A stretch of DNA of 56,792 nt, taken from IMG/VR virus record IMGVR_UViG_3300045146_000225, positions 64,001-120,792 of that record. One strand, 5' to 3'. This stretch comes from a virus. Taxonomy: Duplodnaviria > Heunggongvirae > Uroviricota > Caudoviricetes. The notes beneath the pieces are model-generated. The model was not told the origin of the DNA, did not search any database, and saw only the letters and a list, made by a program, of their open reading frames with translations. This document shows, piece by piece, positions 9,107 to 18,170 of this stretch (its first letter is position 1; each line of letters begins with the position of its first letter). The position numbers and the translations under genes are program-made.

Positions 9107-10381
9107 ATGCTTCGTGGGTATCCAGAAGGTATATACGTGTCGTTCAATCTCGATTTATTCAGCGATGTCCCCCGCAACAAGATAGCCAACATGGTGGCTG
9201 CTTCGACCAAGATGAACACTACCTACACGTCATCGTATAAGCCAAACGATGTTAAAGAAGGGTTCAGGGTATGCATGAACGAGGTCGGTGGTAGCAAGAT
9301 GTCGCAGTTACAATCGCAGTTCTTCAATTACGCCGAGGCTGTAAACGTTATGTTCAAGTTGTTCGATGTCATTTATTCTTGCGGGTACACAACGTCGAAG
9401 TGCGTTGCCGAGATGAGGGTTGTCTTCGATGGCGATATAACTAAACTAACAAAGTTGAAGGATATAAACACGATACGCCTCGTTAATGCAGTCGACGAGT
9501 GCTGTGTGAACAAGAGGTATTCTAGCGAGAAACACGTGTCCGAGTACGTCGGCAACTTGAAGTACATGCGCCGCAAGATGTCTGGTGTCGTGCCTAGTGG
9601 TGTTGGTTTCCACAACGAGTATTCTTTCCCAGCCAACAGGAAAACGCCGTTATACGTGCCTGATTTAGAGTCCAACGTGTTGACTATACGGTATAATAAG
9701 AACACTAACTACCAGAAGGAGAAACGAGGTGCGAGTGCTTTCCTGTCCGGTGTTATAAACGCCACCACATCAATACTCGGCTCCAACAACAAGTACAGCG
9801 TGGCTGAGATGTCAAAGGTAAACGATGTCGCGGTGGCTCAGAAACGGGTTGCCGACCTAGCGCATTCGTTCGATTTGTTCTCTGTTAAATTCCCCAACAT
9901 AGAGATATCGGTTGATTTGAAACAAGACGAGGCTGTTGTTAAATCAAGGTACAATGAATTCAGAGGCAAGTTGTTTGACCTCGTGTACTTCTGTGGTGTT
10001 GAGGATTGCCAGGTGAATTACGATTCTGAACGGGGTGCTTTACAGGTAAAGGAGGCTCATATCAAGAACGGGATGTTCATAAGCGACATGGAGATGTTCT
10101 ACTGCGACATAAGCGGTGATATCTCTGGGTGCGTATTGGTAGAATGTAACGTGAGTAAATCGAACATTAAGGATTGCGAGTTGATGTACGGGTGTGCTAT
10201 CAACGATTCCATAATAGAGAACACTTGGTTCCACGGCGTTGGTATTACCGTGTCAAACTCGTTCATCCGTAACCCTAATGATAAGCTCGTCGAAGCTGAA
10301 TTGAGGAACACCAAGGTTGCCGGTGTTGTTAATTATGGTTCCATCGTCGATGGTGGATGTGAGGTTTTCGCAGTCGTTTAA
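9107..10381 (+). CDS. Hypothetical protein with C-terminal beta-helix-like repeats
   Basis: 424 aa; C-terminus has short I/V-x-x-C/S periodicity (CDISGDISGCVLVECNVSKSNIKDCEL). Confidence 0.7.
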   Translation: MLRGYPEGIYVSFNLDLFSDVPRNKIANMVAASTKMNTTYTSSYKPNDVKEGFRVCMNEVGGSKMSQLQSQFFNYAEAVNVMFKLFDVIYSCGYTTSKCVAEMRVVFDGDITKLTKLKDINTIRLVNAVDECCVNKRYSSEKHVSEYVGNLKYMRRKMSGVVPSGVGFHNEYSFPANRKTPLYVPDLESNVLTIRYNKNTNYQKEKRGASAFLSGVINATTSILGSNNKYSVAEMSKVNDVAVAQKRVADLAHSFDLFSVKFPNIEISVDLKQDEAVVKSRYNEFRGKLFDLVYFCGVEDCQVNYDSERGALQVKEAHIKNGMFISDMEMFYCDISGDISGCVLVECNVSKSNIKDCELMYGCAINDSIIENTWFHGVGITVSNSFIRNPNDKLVEAELRNTKVAGVVNYGSIVDGGCEVFAVV

Positions 10382-10470
10382 AAAAAAATATTATTTTTGT
10401 TTTTGCGTTTAATTTTTTTTATACATTTGTACACGTAAAACTCATTTTTTAATTATAAAAAATAATACAG

Positions 10471-10731
10471 ATGCCCAAGTATAGGATGTATCTTGACCGT
10501 AAGGTCGTTTTATGGCAGCGTGATTACCTCAACATAGAGGCTGCTTCTAAGAAAGACGCTCAGAAAGAGATGGAGAAGTTCATAAAGTCTGGTTTGGTTA
10601 ACGACTCTCGGATATTTGATACCGATTTCTCCGATATAGAGAGTGTGGTTGAAGTCGGTGTTGATAACGAACCGACGGTGTTGTTGTATGATTCTGACGG
10701 TAATGAGCTTATTACCAACAGTGAAATGTGA
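10471..10731 (+). CDS. Hypothetical acidic phage protein
   Basis: 86-aa ORF downstream of a TACATTTG box at 10422. Confidence 0.65.
   Translation: MPKYRMYLDRKVVLWQRDYLNIEAASKKDAQKEMEKFIKSGLVNDSRIFDTDFSDIESVVEVGVDNEPTVLLYDSDGNELITNSEM
10479..10605 (+). repeat. Direct repeat copy 1 (127 bp)
   Basis: GTATAGGATGTATCTTGACCGTA...GGTTAACGAC, repeated at 11668-11795. Confidence 0.9.
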
Positions 10732-10988
10732 TGGATTGTTCATATTAACCGTCTTTTATATGTAAAGTAAATGATGAAAACAAAGCCATTAAGTATGTGA
10801 CTAAATTTAATACTATACTTGAAAAATGGAAGGAATATTACAGTCGGTTTGAAAAAAAATGACGAGCATGTTGAGAAACATTTCGGCCGGTGGTATAGTT
10901 TGAGCCGTGTGACAAGATGCTCCTACGATGTAGTTGATGTACGTTAAATTAAAAATATATTATTCATGGACATTTAATATTATTAAAA

Positions 10989-11600
10989 ATGGCATCAATT
11001 GATAAAACATATATAGACTCTTATAAAGATTATAAAGAGTTTAAAACTTGGGCAGACACCCAGGTGTTGACATTTTTCGATGGACATCAAAAATGTATAG
11101 GTGATTATGTTTGGCTATGCGAGGAAGAAGATTTTGAACATGGTGAGATTCCAATTATGAACACACCGACGTGGCTGGATATCTATCTGATTCAGAATTG
11201 CAAAAGTGAATTCGTCTTAGAACGAATGAAATGTATTTATGGTGATGAGCATTATGAAAAGTTTAAAACTGTTGATTTGACTTCTAAACCACCTGAAACG
11301 TTTAAACGAAAAAGGAAGATTTCTATCACTAAAAGCAAACCAACTAGCTTTGAATTTCATTCGAAACCTTACGGTGGTGGCGCGTGGTGGTTGCAATGTG
11401 ATGGCGATTTCTGGTATAACAGTGATACTAAGAAATGGGTACATCGTGATAGTTATTATCCACGTAATACGAATACTGCACACATAGCGAGCATTAAAGC
11501 ACTCATGAAACATCTAAGGAGACAATATTTACCAGCAGGTGTCGTGTTCACGCTCAAAGGGAGGTATATAGATGAAAATTATACCGTGAGTGTTTATTGA
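10989..11600 (+). CDS. Hypothetical protein
   Basis: 203-aa AT-rich ORF lying between the two repeat copies. Confidence 0.7.
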   Translation: MASIDKTYIDSYKDYKEFKTWADTQVLTFFDGHQKCIGDYVWLCEEEDFEHGEIPIMNTPTWLDIYLIQNCKSEFVLERMKCIYGDEHYEKFKTVDLTSKPPETFKRKRKISITKSKPTSFEFHSKPYGGGAWWLQCDGDFWYNSDTKKWVHRDSYYPRNTNTAHIASIKALMKHLRRQYLPAGVVFTLKGRYIDENYTVSVY

Positions 11601-11667
11601 TGTTGCTAATTTGTGATTGCGTATGGAAATGGCAACACCTGCTGAATATTAACATAAATGTACGCTG

Positions 11668-11795
11668 GTATAGGATGTATCTTGACCGTAGGGTCGTTTT
11701 TATGGTAGCGTGATTACTTCAACATAGAGGCTGCTTCTAAGAAAGACGATCAAAAAGAGATGGAGAAGTTCATAAAGTCTTGTTTGGTTAACGAC
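11668..11795 (+). repeat. Direct repeat copy 2 (128 bp, degenerate, frameshifted)
   Basis: Copy of 10479-10605 with a few substitutions and one extra T. Confidence 0.9.
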
Positions 11796-11799
11796 CAAC

Positions 11800-11949
11800 T
11801 GTGCTGGCTGCCAAGACACTCACCATCCCGGCGACATCATCCTCGTAGCAGGTAATGGACACGAGACATACCAGGAGGTGAACGGTGTGAAATCGCATTT
11901 CGATGACCGCGAGGTGGTGGTAGAACAATTTAATGGGAAAATTAAATAG
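11800..11949 (+). pseudogene. murE: C-terminal fragment of host MurE ligase
   Basis: 11821-11949 translates [42 protein letters not shown], matching the MurE tail GDxxLxAGKGHExYQ...HFDD; no upstream part. Confidence 0.8.
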
Positions 11950-11972
11950 TATAGAATAATTCTGAAAACATT

Positions 11973-12746
11973 ATGAATATCAATATACTAACTTGGAATA
12001 TCAACAAAAATGAATCTAAGTCTTTCTATGAGGAATTGCATAAACAACTTCTTATAGATGATATTCATATTGTTGTACTACAGGAGTGTTTTTATGATTT
12101 TTCTTCAAACGAGTTTGCCGAATTTGATGAAACAATCGATTATTTGTCTAAAAAAGGAAGGCGTTCGGTACGCATATTTATTAGAAAGTCAAGCGAATTA
12201 TCAACAAGTGATTTGACATATCATGCTGATGTTGACAACAAATTGGTTTGTATGAAAATTCATACTAAGAGTGGATGTATGTTCAACCTTGCAGGAATTC
12301 ACTTGTACAGTATATCTAATGTCACAAAAGAACAGCAAAACTATCTCAACAGCAAATTTCCTGAACTTATTTTCAGGTACGAGTCACGTATTAAAGAGAA
12401 AAAAACAATTATTGTTGGAGATTTTAACTACGGACCGTTTGATGATTTTTTTCAAAATCCAAAAATGTTTTTCACAAATAGTGATAGACGATTTGTTCGT
12501 CAATTTCCGGAGTTACAAAAGAAAGGAACCATGCGATTGTTTTATAACCCGATGTGGAATTTGGTTGATGGTGTAATTGGTAGTCCAGAGATCATGGATT
12601 GTATAGATGTAGGTTCAATTAAAATACTTGAATCATTAAACGGTAAACCATTAATCAAGCAGAGAATCAATAAATTATCAGAGTCATTTCTAGCAAATGG
12701 CTATTCAGACCATTTACCAGTTTCATTTACACTAAAATTAAATTAA
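11973..12746 (+). CDS. Endonuclease/exonuclease/phosphatase (EEP) family protein
   Basis: LTWNIN, VLQE, GIHL, IIVGDFN, SDHLPV motifs. Confidence 0.85.
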   Translation: MNINILTWNINKNESKSFYEELHKQLLIDDIHIVVLQECFYDFSSNEFAEFDETIDYLSKKGRRSVRIFIRKSSELSTSDLTYHADVDNKLVCMKIHTKSGCMFNLAGIHLYSISNVTKEQQNYLNSKFPELIFRYESRIKEKKTIIVGDFNYGPFDDFFQNPKMFFTNSDRRFVRQFPELQKKGTMRLFYNPMWNLVDGVIGSPEIMDCIDVGSIKILESLNGKPLIKQRINKLSESFLANGYSDHLPVSFTLKLN

Positions 12747-12752
12747 AAAAAT

Positions 12753-13175
12753 ATGGAAAAAGATGTTTGGTTATATGCTGATGGCACAGAAGATACAAGC
12801 AAAACCCCCTATGATTATTTGTTTGATTATTCCTCGAAGCTTGAAAAATTTACAAACGGAGACATTATAGGTGTTGTATCTGAATGGAGACCGGAACGGG
12901 AAAAAGAGGTAATCTATGGATTTACATTAGTTGCTCCAGCGTTAAATAACTACAGTTATAAATTGTTTGAAGTTGTTCAAAAAGATGCTTTTTCTCCATT
13001 TCCCGTAACGATGAGATTGTTTCGTGTAGATACTGAAGCGCCAGAGGAAAAGAATAATGTTTCAGAGCAAGATTTCGAGCAAGAACTAATAAAATTTATC
13101 CAGCATTCTTCAACACGAAGAGCATTAACTGCCTTGAAAACTCTTATTGGAAAAAAAAGACAATACGAGGTGTAG
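12753..13175 (+). CDS. Hypothetical protein, partner of the EEP gene
   Basis: Starts 6 nt after the EEP stop; 140 aa. Confidence 0.7.
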   Translation: MEKDVWLYADGTEDTSKTPYDYLFDYSSKLEKFTNGDIIGVVSEWRPEREKEVIYGFTLVAPALNNYSYKLFEVVQKDAFSPFPVTMRLFRVDTEAPEEKNNVSEQDFEQELIKFIQHSSTRRALTALKTLIGKKRQYEV

Positions 13176-13580
13176 GTGTATTTAAAAAAACAGGTTTTTA
13201 TTTCGTAATAAACTCAAAACTACTATGTTGTTCTACTTGTTCGAATTCTTAGAAAAACACCACGTTGCTTGACCTGCGTTGAAGCAATTGCATTAAAGTA
13301 TGTACATAGAAAAGCTTTAAGCTATTTGATAACTTTAGAGGAAAATGAAGCAAAAAGCGTAAAGGCAAAAATTAAAAGTGGAGATGTAATCTGTCTTGAT
13401 AACGTAATTGTTGCTACGAGTTCTGAATTTGATGAGCTTATCGCTGATTTAAAGAAATTTCAATTATCTGAACGCCATATCAACCGCAGTGTTGTATAAC
13501 GATTGTAGATATGAAACTGTTTCATCGTACAAACCTTAACACGTGATTGCATATATTTTTTATTGATAAAACGTAAAAAT

Positions 13581-13718
13581 ATGCCAAGAGAACGACTTCC
13601 ATTAAAAAGAGAAAACAAAGGTGTTGTGATTGTGAACATCGCTGACATTTTCAGGAATGAAGACATACAGAACGAAGTTATAAGTGCGTGTAAAAAACTA
13701 AAACCACGCAAAAAGTGA
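13581..13718 (+). CDS. Small hypothetical protein (45 aa)
   Basis: Read manually: MPRERLPLKRENKGVVIVNIADIFRNEDIQNEVISACKKLKPRKK; A-rich upstream. Confidence 0.3.
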   Translation: MPRERLPLKRENKGVVIVNIADIFRNEDIQNEVISACKKLKPRKK

Positions 13719-13938
13719 TGATATTTTTAAATACATAACTCTATGGTTAAATACGAACACGACGGTTAAACAGTTTCGTGGTTGTATAATATCATAAAAA
13801 AAATTATCATTGATATTATAAAATAATCGTATATTTGTGTGTTGTTTCTTTACACCTATGGTTTTAAAAATATCGTTTTTAAAATCACTAGAAACATGTA
13901 TTGGATACGCAGTTTTAGTTAGTATTAACATATTTAAT

Positions 13939-14370
13939 CTTAGATTCAAGTAGTAAATGCAACTTTGTGAAGGGTAATAAAAATCAAATATATCCATCAA
14001 AACAAAGATGGTAAGAAATTACCGCTTTGTCTTGATGGATATATTTGCTAAATTGCCCCCTAAGTCTCCCAAAACAAGTTGCGCTTTGGATCATATAACC
14101 GAACAACAAAGGTATCAAATTTCTTGTTTAGTACAAGCAGGGAAATCTCAGACTGAGATAGCTCAGCTAAAATGAGAATATGAATGGCTTGATTCGGTAG
14201 TATTTTCCCGAGAAACCATCTTTTGAAAATATCACTGATGAGGATATTAAGCGTGTTAAGGATAAACTTAATACACGACCGCGAAAAAAAACATAAATTT
14301 TCTTCGTACATTTAATTTTTAAATTATAAATTTGCACTTACTAAAGTTGCATTTGCAGCTTGAATCCGCC
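13939..14370 (+). mobile_element. IS30-family deletion derivative, long form (432 bp)
   Basis: Ends CTTAGATTCAAGTAGTAAATGCAAC ... GTTGCATTTGCAGCTTGAATCCGCC (imperfect IRs); 14086-14169 encodes the IS30 HTH start LDHITEQQRYQISCLVQAGKSQTEIAQL, joined to the NENMNGLIR C-terminal piece. Confidence 0.85.
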
Positions 14371-14426
14371 AAGGATTAACTATCGAACAAGCGAACAAAG
14401 CTATCGAGGTGCTTTTTTACGGTTGC

Positions 14427-14480
14427 ACCTAACGGTGGGGCTAAACCGTCGTTTTAATGCGGTTTTAGCCCGTGGTAGTA
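14427..14480 (-). other. attC-like site S1 (short, GTT altered to GGT)
   Basis: ACCTAAC-GGTG-GGGCTAAACC...GGTTTTAGCCC-GT-GGTAGTA; an upstream gene remnant (GLTIEQANKAIEVLFYGCT*) stops in the TAAC. Confidence 0.6.
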
Positions 14481-14512
14481 GCCGTTTTTTATTCATCTTT
14501 TAATTGATTTAT

Positions 14513-15136
14513 ATGATAGTATTGATAACACACGAAGAAAGCCAAACAGTAATGGAAGCGTTTTTAAATGCTGGACATGACGCATATAGTTGTGATTTAT
14601 TACCACCAAGCGGAAAGTACCCAGATAGACATTTACAAATAGATTGCTTTGAAGCAATAGAACTTATTAAGCCAGACTTTTTAGGGATGCACCCTGAATG
14701 CACGAGGTTAACAGTTGCAGCGAATAAGTATTATAAGCCTGAATATGCTGAACGCTTCCCAAATATACACGAACAAAGAGCCGAAGCAGTTGAACACTTT
14801 TTGAAATGTGCGGAAGCATTAGTGAAAGTTGGTAAAGGTTATATTGAAAACCCGATAGGGATAATGAGTAAACTCTATAAAAAGCCCACTCAAATAATAC
14901 AACCTTACCAATTTGGACATAAAGAACGCAAAAGCACTTGCTTATGGATTGAAGGATTATCAAAATTACAACCTACAAATATTGTAGAACCTGACATTAT
15001 AGTACATAAAAGCGGAAGAACTGACAGTAGATTGCACTATGAAACATTTAAGCTACCAAAAGAAGAACGAAGAAAAGCCCGTTCAAAAACCTTTACCGGA
15101 ATTGCCGAAGCGATGGCGTTGCAGTGGGGTTCTTAA
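14513..15136 (+). CDS. Cassette ORF: short phage-type DNA cytosine methyltransferase-like protein
   Basis: EESQTV..GHDAYSCDL, HPECT (PC-like), YIENPIG, IIQPYQFGH, TCLWIEGL, RSKTFTGIAEAMALQWG family pattern. Confidence 0.65.
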   Translation: MIVLITHEESQTVMEAFLNAGHDAYSCDLLPPSGKYPDRHLQIDCFEAIELIKPDFLGMHPECTRLTVAANKYYKPEYAERFPNIHEQRAEAVEHFLKCAEALVKVGKGYIENPIGIMSKLYKKPTQIIQPYQFGHKERKSTCLWIEGLSKLQPTNIVEPDIIVHKSGRTDSRLHYETFKLPKEERRKARSKTFTGIAEAMALQWGS

Positions 15137-15142
15137 AATGGC

Positions 15143-15273
15143 TACTAACGGTTGCAGGTATGGTTAGTGGCGGATTTGAAACCACAGACCTATCAAGCAG
15201 TACAAAAGTAAATGAATAGTAGAAATTTAATATTAACCACAGCACCCGCCATTAACTATACATATTGTTATGG
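15143..15273 (-). other. attC-like site S2
   Basis: AAC 15147-49, stem GTATGGTTAGTGGCGG / CCGCCATTAACTATAC, GTT 15267-69. Confidence 0.85.
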
Positions 15274-15297
15274 TTTCGTGCTTTAATTCAAATAATT

Positions 15298-15591
15298 ATG
15301 ACAATTCAATTTTATTTAAACAACGAAGAAGAAACTCACATATACTCTTTGTATGATATGAGTTCAAATCCATTTAAAATCGGTGATGTTATTAATTTAT
15401 CGGTTGATGATATTCCTCCAGTAAAATTAAAAGAATATAAGCCTGAATTTGCTAAAAAACTTGTCGAAGATAATAAGCAACAAAGAGCGATGTTTCATAA
15501 TAAAAAAATTAAAATTATTCATGAATGGAAATATATCGACATTGAAAGTGATATATTTACCATTGAATATCATTGCGATTTGGTTTCTTAG
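15298..15591 (+). CDS. Cassette ORF: hypothetical protein
   Basis: Single ORF filling the space between S2 and S3. Confidence 0.7.
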   Translation: MTIQFYLNNEEETHIYSLYDMSSNPFKIGDVINLSVDDIPPVKLKEYKPEFAKKLVEDNKQQRAMFHNKKIKIIHEWKYIDIESDIFTIEYHCDLVS

Positions 15592-15597
15592 TATGAA

Positions 15598-15727
15598 TCA
15601 TAACGGTCGGGTGTAGCACAAGTAAGGGATTGCGGAGTGCGAACCTATCAAACTACACAGACATAAAAGCGGACTACAATGCTTCAAAATTGTAGCAACC
15701 CCTTATTGGTGCTACACTTTGTTAGCC
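15598..15727 (-). other. attC-like site S3
   Basis: AAC 15602-04, stem GTGTAGCACAAGTAAGGG / CCCTTATTGGTGCTACAC, GTT 15721-23. Confidence 0.85.
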
Positions 15728-15768
15728 ACCGTATTTTATTGAATGTTATACTTTTAAATTATAAAAAT

Positions 15769-16077
15769 ATGTACACAAAAACTGAAAACAAATGGAGATA
15801 TTCGCAGGAATATCAAGAAGTAACTACCAGCAAAGATGGTATAATTGAAGGTTCAAAATCAATATGTGCAATTTCAACTTTTGACAAATCAAAAGAAGAA
15901 ATAGAATCAAATGGAAAACTTATTTCTGCTGCTCCTGAAATGTTTGAAGCATTAAAAAGAGTTGAAGCATATTTAGTAGCAAATGAAGATGTTTTAGCAC
16001 CATTTCCAACTCGAAGTGAGTTAGATAATATTCGTGCGGCAATGTTTAAAACGGGGCTGTACCAATATGGTGGCTAA
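15769..16077 (+). CDS. Cassette ORF: phage hypothetical protein with NxxLIxAAPE motif
   Basis: SNGKLISAAPEMFEAL; stop TAA lies inside the TAAC of S4. Confidence 0.7.
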   Translation: MYTKTENKWRYSQEYQEVTTSKDGIIEGSKSICAISTFDKSKEEIESNGKLISAAPEMFEALKRVEAYLVANEDVLAPFPTRSELDNIRAAMFKTGLYQYGG

Positions 16078-16156
16078 CTTACTTATATGCGTACCAAAGG
16101 TACGTATATACTACAGACGTTTGTTGTATATGCGTACCTTTTGTTGCCTAATATAG
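16072..16156 (-). other. attC-like site S4, interrupted by IS30 miniature element
   Basis: GGCTAAC then a 70-bp segment nearly identical to 19573-19642; the matching GTT appears at 16464 after the element. Confidence 0.55.
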
Positions 16157-16457
16157 CTTAGATTCAAGTAGTAAATGCAACTTTGGGAATGGTAATAAAA
16201 ATCAAATGTTTTTCAAAACAAAGGGGTAATTTCTTACCATTCATGGGAACGTGGAACAAATGAGAATATGAATGGCTTGATTCGGCAGTATTTTCCCAAG
16301 AAATCATCTTTTGGAAATATTACTGATGAGGATATTAAGCGTGTTAAGGATAAACTTAATACGCGACCGCGAAAAAAAACATAAATTTTCTTTGCATATT
16401 GAATTTTTAATTATAAATTTGGACTTGCTAAAGTTGCATTTGTAGCTTGAATCCGCC
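16157..16457 (+). mobile_element. IS30-derived miniature element (301 bp)
   Basis: Same ends as 13939-14370; interior encodes SYHSWERGTNENMNGLIRQYFPK (IS30 transposase C-terminus). Confidence 0.88.
16391..16421 (+). promoter_or_regulatory. Outward-facing Bacteroidota consensus promoter in the element's right end
   Basis: TTTG (16391-94) - 19 nt - TAAATTTG (16414-21); other copies read TTCG-N20-TAAATTTG (-7 boxes at 14327, 19899, 23813). Confidence 0.6.
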
Positions 16458-16485
16458 TTTGTTGTTAGCAAATCGTTTTAATGTT

Positions 16486-16616
16486 TGCTAACGGTTTGGC
16501 GGTATGAAACGGCAGGGATTAAGTGTGAAACTCTATCAGCCGAAACGAATGATGAATAGTAGCACAACGGTTAATTACGGCACATCAGCCCTGCTGTTTT
16601 ATACCGCTTGTTAGGG
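16486..16616 (-). other. attC-like site S5
   Basis: AAC 16490-92, 19-bp stem GCGGTATGAAACGGCAGGG / CCCTGCTGTTTTATACCGC, GTT 16610-12. Confidence 0.88.
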
Positions 16617-16637
16617 GCTGGTATTTATACAAATTTT

Positions 16638-16904
16638 ATGAATTTTTCTCAAGCATTAGAAAGCCTAAAATTAGGTAGTAAAGTTCAGCGTGGAGGCTGG
16701 AATGGTAAAGGAATGTATATTTTCCTTATCGGTACAGATTTGTCAAAAGTCGGCACAGGTGGATGGACTTACACAAATGGAGTAAACGATAATTATGAAT
16801 TACTTCCATTTATTGCAATGAAAACAGCCGATGAAAAAGTTGTTCCGTGGCTGGCTTCTCAAACAGATATTTTAGCAGAGGATTGGTGTATTCTTTTAGG
16901 CTAA
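16638..16904 (+). CDS. Cassette ORF: DUF2829 / Tad2-like protein (candidate nucleotide-signal sponge)
   Basis: FSQALESLKLGSKVQRGGWNGKGMYIFL ... PWLASQTDILAEDW, the DUF2829 signature. Confidence 0.8.
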   Translation: MNFSQALESLKLGSKVQRGGWNGKGMYIFLIGTDLSKVGTGGWTYTNGVNDNYELLPFIAMKTADEKVVPWLASQTDILAEDWCILLG

Positions 16905-16937
16905 ATTATCAAATGGGGTATGCCGTCTTATGCTTGT

Positions 16938-17068
16938 CCCTAACGAATGGCGGTATGGGCAGTTGGGGATTAGAAACCACTACACTATCCGCAAGTATAA
17001 ACTTAATAAAATGCAGAAATGATAAATGAACAGATAATACCCCAATTGCCTATGCCCGCTTGTTATGC
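16938..17068 (-). other. attC-like site S6
   Basis: AAC 16942-44, stem GCGGTATGGGCAGTTGGGG / CCCCAATTGCCTATGCCCGC, GTT 17062-64. Confidence 0.85.
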
Positions 17069-17825
17069 ACAGGTTATTTTAGGCGATTGCTTGGAGTTGT
17101 ATAAAAATATTGAACCTAAAAGCATAGACTTAATTTTAACCGATTTGCCTTATGGTACGACTGCGTGTAAATGGGACACTATAATTCCATTTGATAAACT
17201 TTGGGAAATGGTAAATTACTTACTAAAACCAAATGGAACATTTATTACAACAGCTTCACAACCTTTTACAAGTGCTTTAGTAATGAGTAACCCGAAAATG
17301 TTTAAGTATGAGTGGATTTGGGATAAAGTGCAACCTACTGGGGCATTTAATGCAAGCAAACAACCAATGAAGTTACATGAAAATATATTAGTGTTTTATA
17401 ATAACCAGCCTATTTATAATAGGCAAATGACAGATAGACCGCTAAAGGATTTAAGACCAAACCAAATAAAAACTACAAAAGAATTGGATAGGGTTGAATA
17501 TGAATATTTAGGAGGACAAAAGAAACAGTATTCATCAAATTGGGATTACACAAAAGTAAATCCGAAAACAATTATTCAGTTTCAAAAATCTGCCGAAAGA
17601 TTTAAAGAATTTAAACACCCCACCCAAAAACCAGTAGCATTATTTGAGTACCTACTTAAAACATACAGTAATGAAGGAATGACAATATTTGACCCTTGTA
17701 TGGGTTCTGGAACAACTGGAGTAGCATGTAAAAATCTAAACCGAAACTTCATCGGAATAGAAAAAGACGAGAACTATTTCAAAATAGCAGAGCAGCGAAT
17801 AAATGCACGGACGCTGTTTTCTTAA
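17019..17825 (+). CDS. Cassette ORF: beta-class N4C/N6A DNA methyltransferase
   Basis: GDCLE, LILTDLPYG (motif IV), HPTQKPVAL, FDPCMGSGTTG (motif I); start codon lies inside S6. Confidence 0.9.
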   Translation: MINEQIIPQLPMPACYAQVILGDCLELYKNIEPKSIDLILTDLPYGTTACKWDTIIPFDKLWEMVNYLLKPNGTFITTASQPFTSALVMSNPKMFKYEWIWDKVQPTGAFNASKQPMKLHENILVFYNNQPIYNRQMTDRPLKDLRPNQIKTTKELDRVEYEYLGGQKKQYSSNWDYTKVNPKTIIQFQKSAERFKEFKHPTQKPVALFEYLLKTYSNEGMTIFDPCMGSGTTGVACKNLNRNFIGIEKDENYFKIAEQRINARTLFS

Positions 17826-17830
17826 CTTGT

Positions 17831-17924
17831 GCATAACGGGCGAGTGTAGCCATCAGTAGGCTAACGCACCGACCTGTTAATTTAGTAATAACTTTCCGCC
17901 TATTGTGGCTACACTTTGTTAGCA
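17831..17924 (-). other. attC-like site S7 (short class)
   Basis: AAC 17835-37, stem AGTGTAGCCATCAGTAGGC / GCCTATTGTGGCTACACT, GTT 17918-20. Confidence 0.85.
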
Positions 17925-17948
17925 ACTTGGCGGGTAAAATAGAACGAA

Positions 17949-18161
17949 ATGACAATAGAAAACATTAAAAAAGAGATGCTAAAATACCGTGATTTTTACG
18001 GTGGCAATTTGCTTGAAGTAGGCGAAATCGAAAATGCAACTACAAAAGAAGAGCTTGAAAAAATTATTGAAAACCATAGAAGCCACATGGAAGCAATGTT
18101 AAGTGACGCTAATGGGCATCTCGATAATTTGAAAAGGAAATGCAAGTTAGGGTACTGTTAG
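17949..18161 (+). CDS. Cassette ORF: hypothetical protein
   Basis: 70-aa ORF between S7 and S8. Confidence 0.7.
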   Translation: MTIENIKKEMLKYRDFYGGNLLEVGEIENATTKEELEKIIENHRSHMEAMLSDANGHLDNLKRKCKLGYC

Positions 18162-18170
18162 TAGCCTTGT

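Noticed and set aside
13269-13931. ORFs 13269..13499 (+) and 13698..13931 (-)
   Set aside because: They are short, AT-rich and motif-less, and the first lacks an ATG start; coding status cannot be supported.
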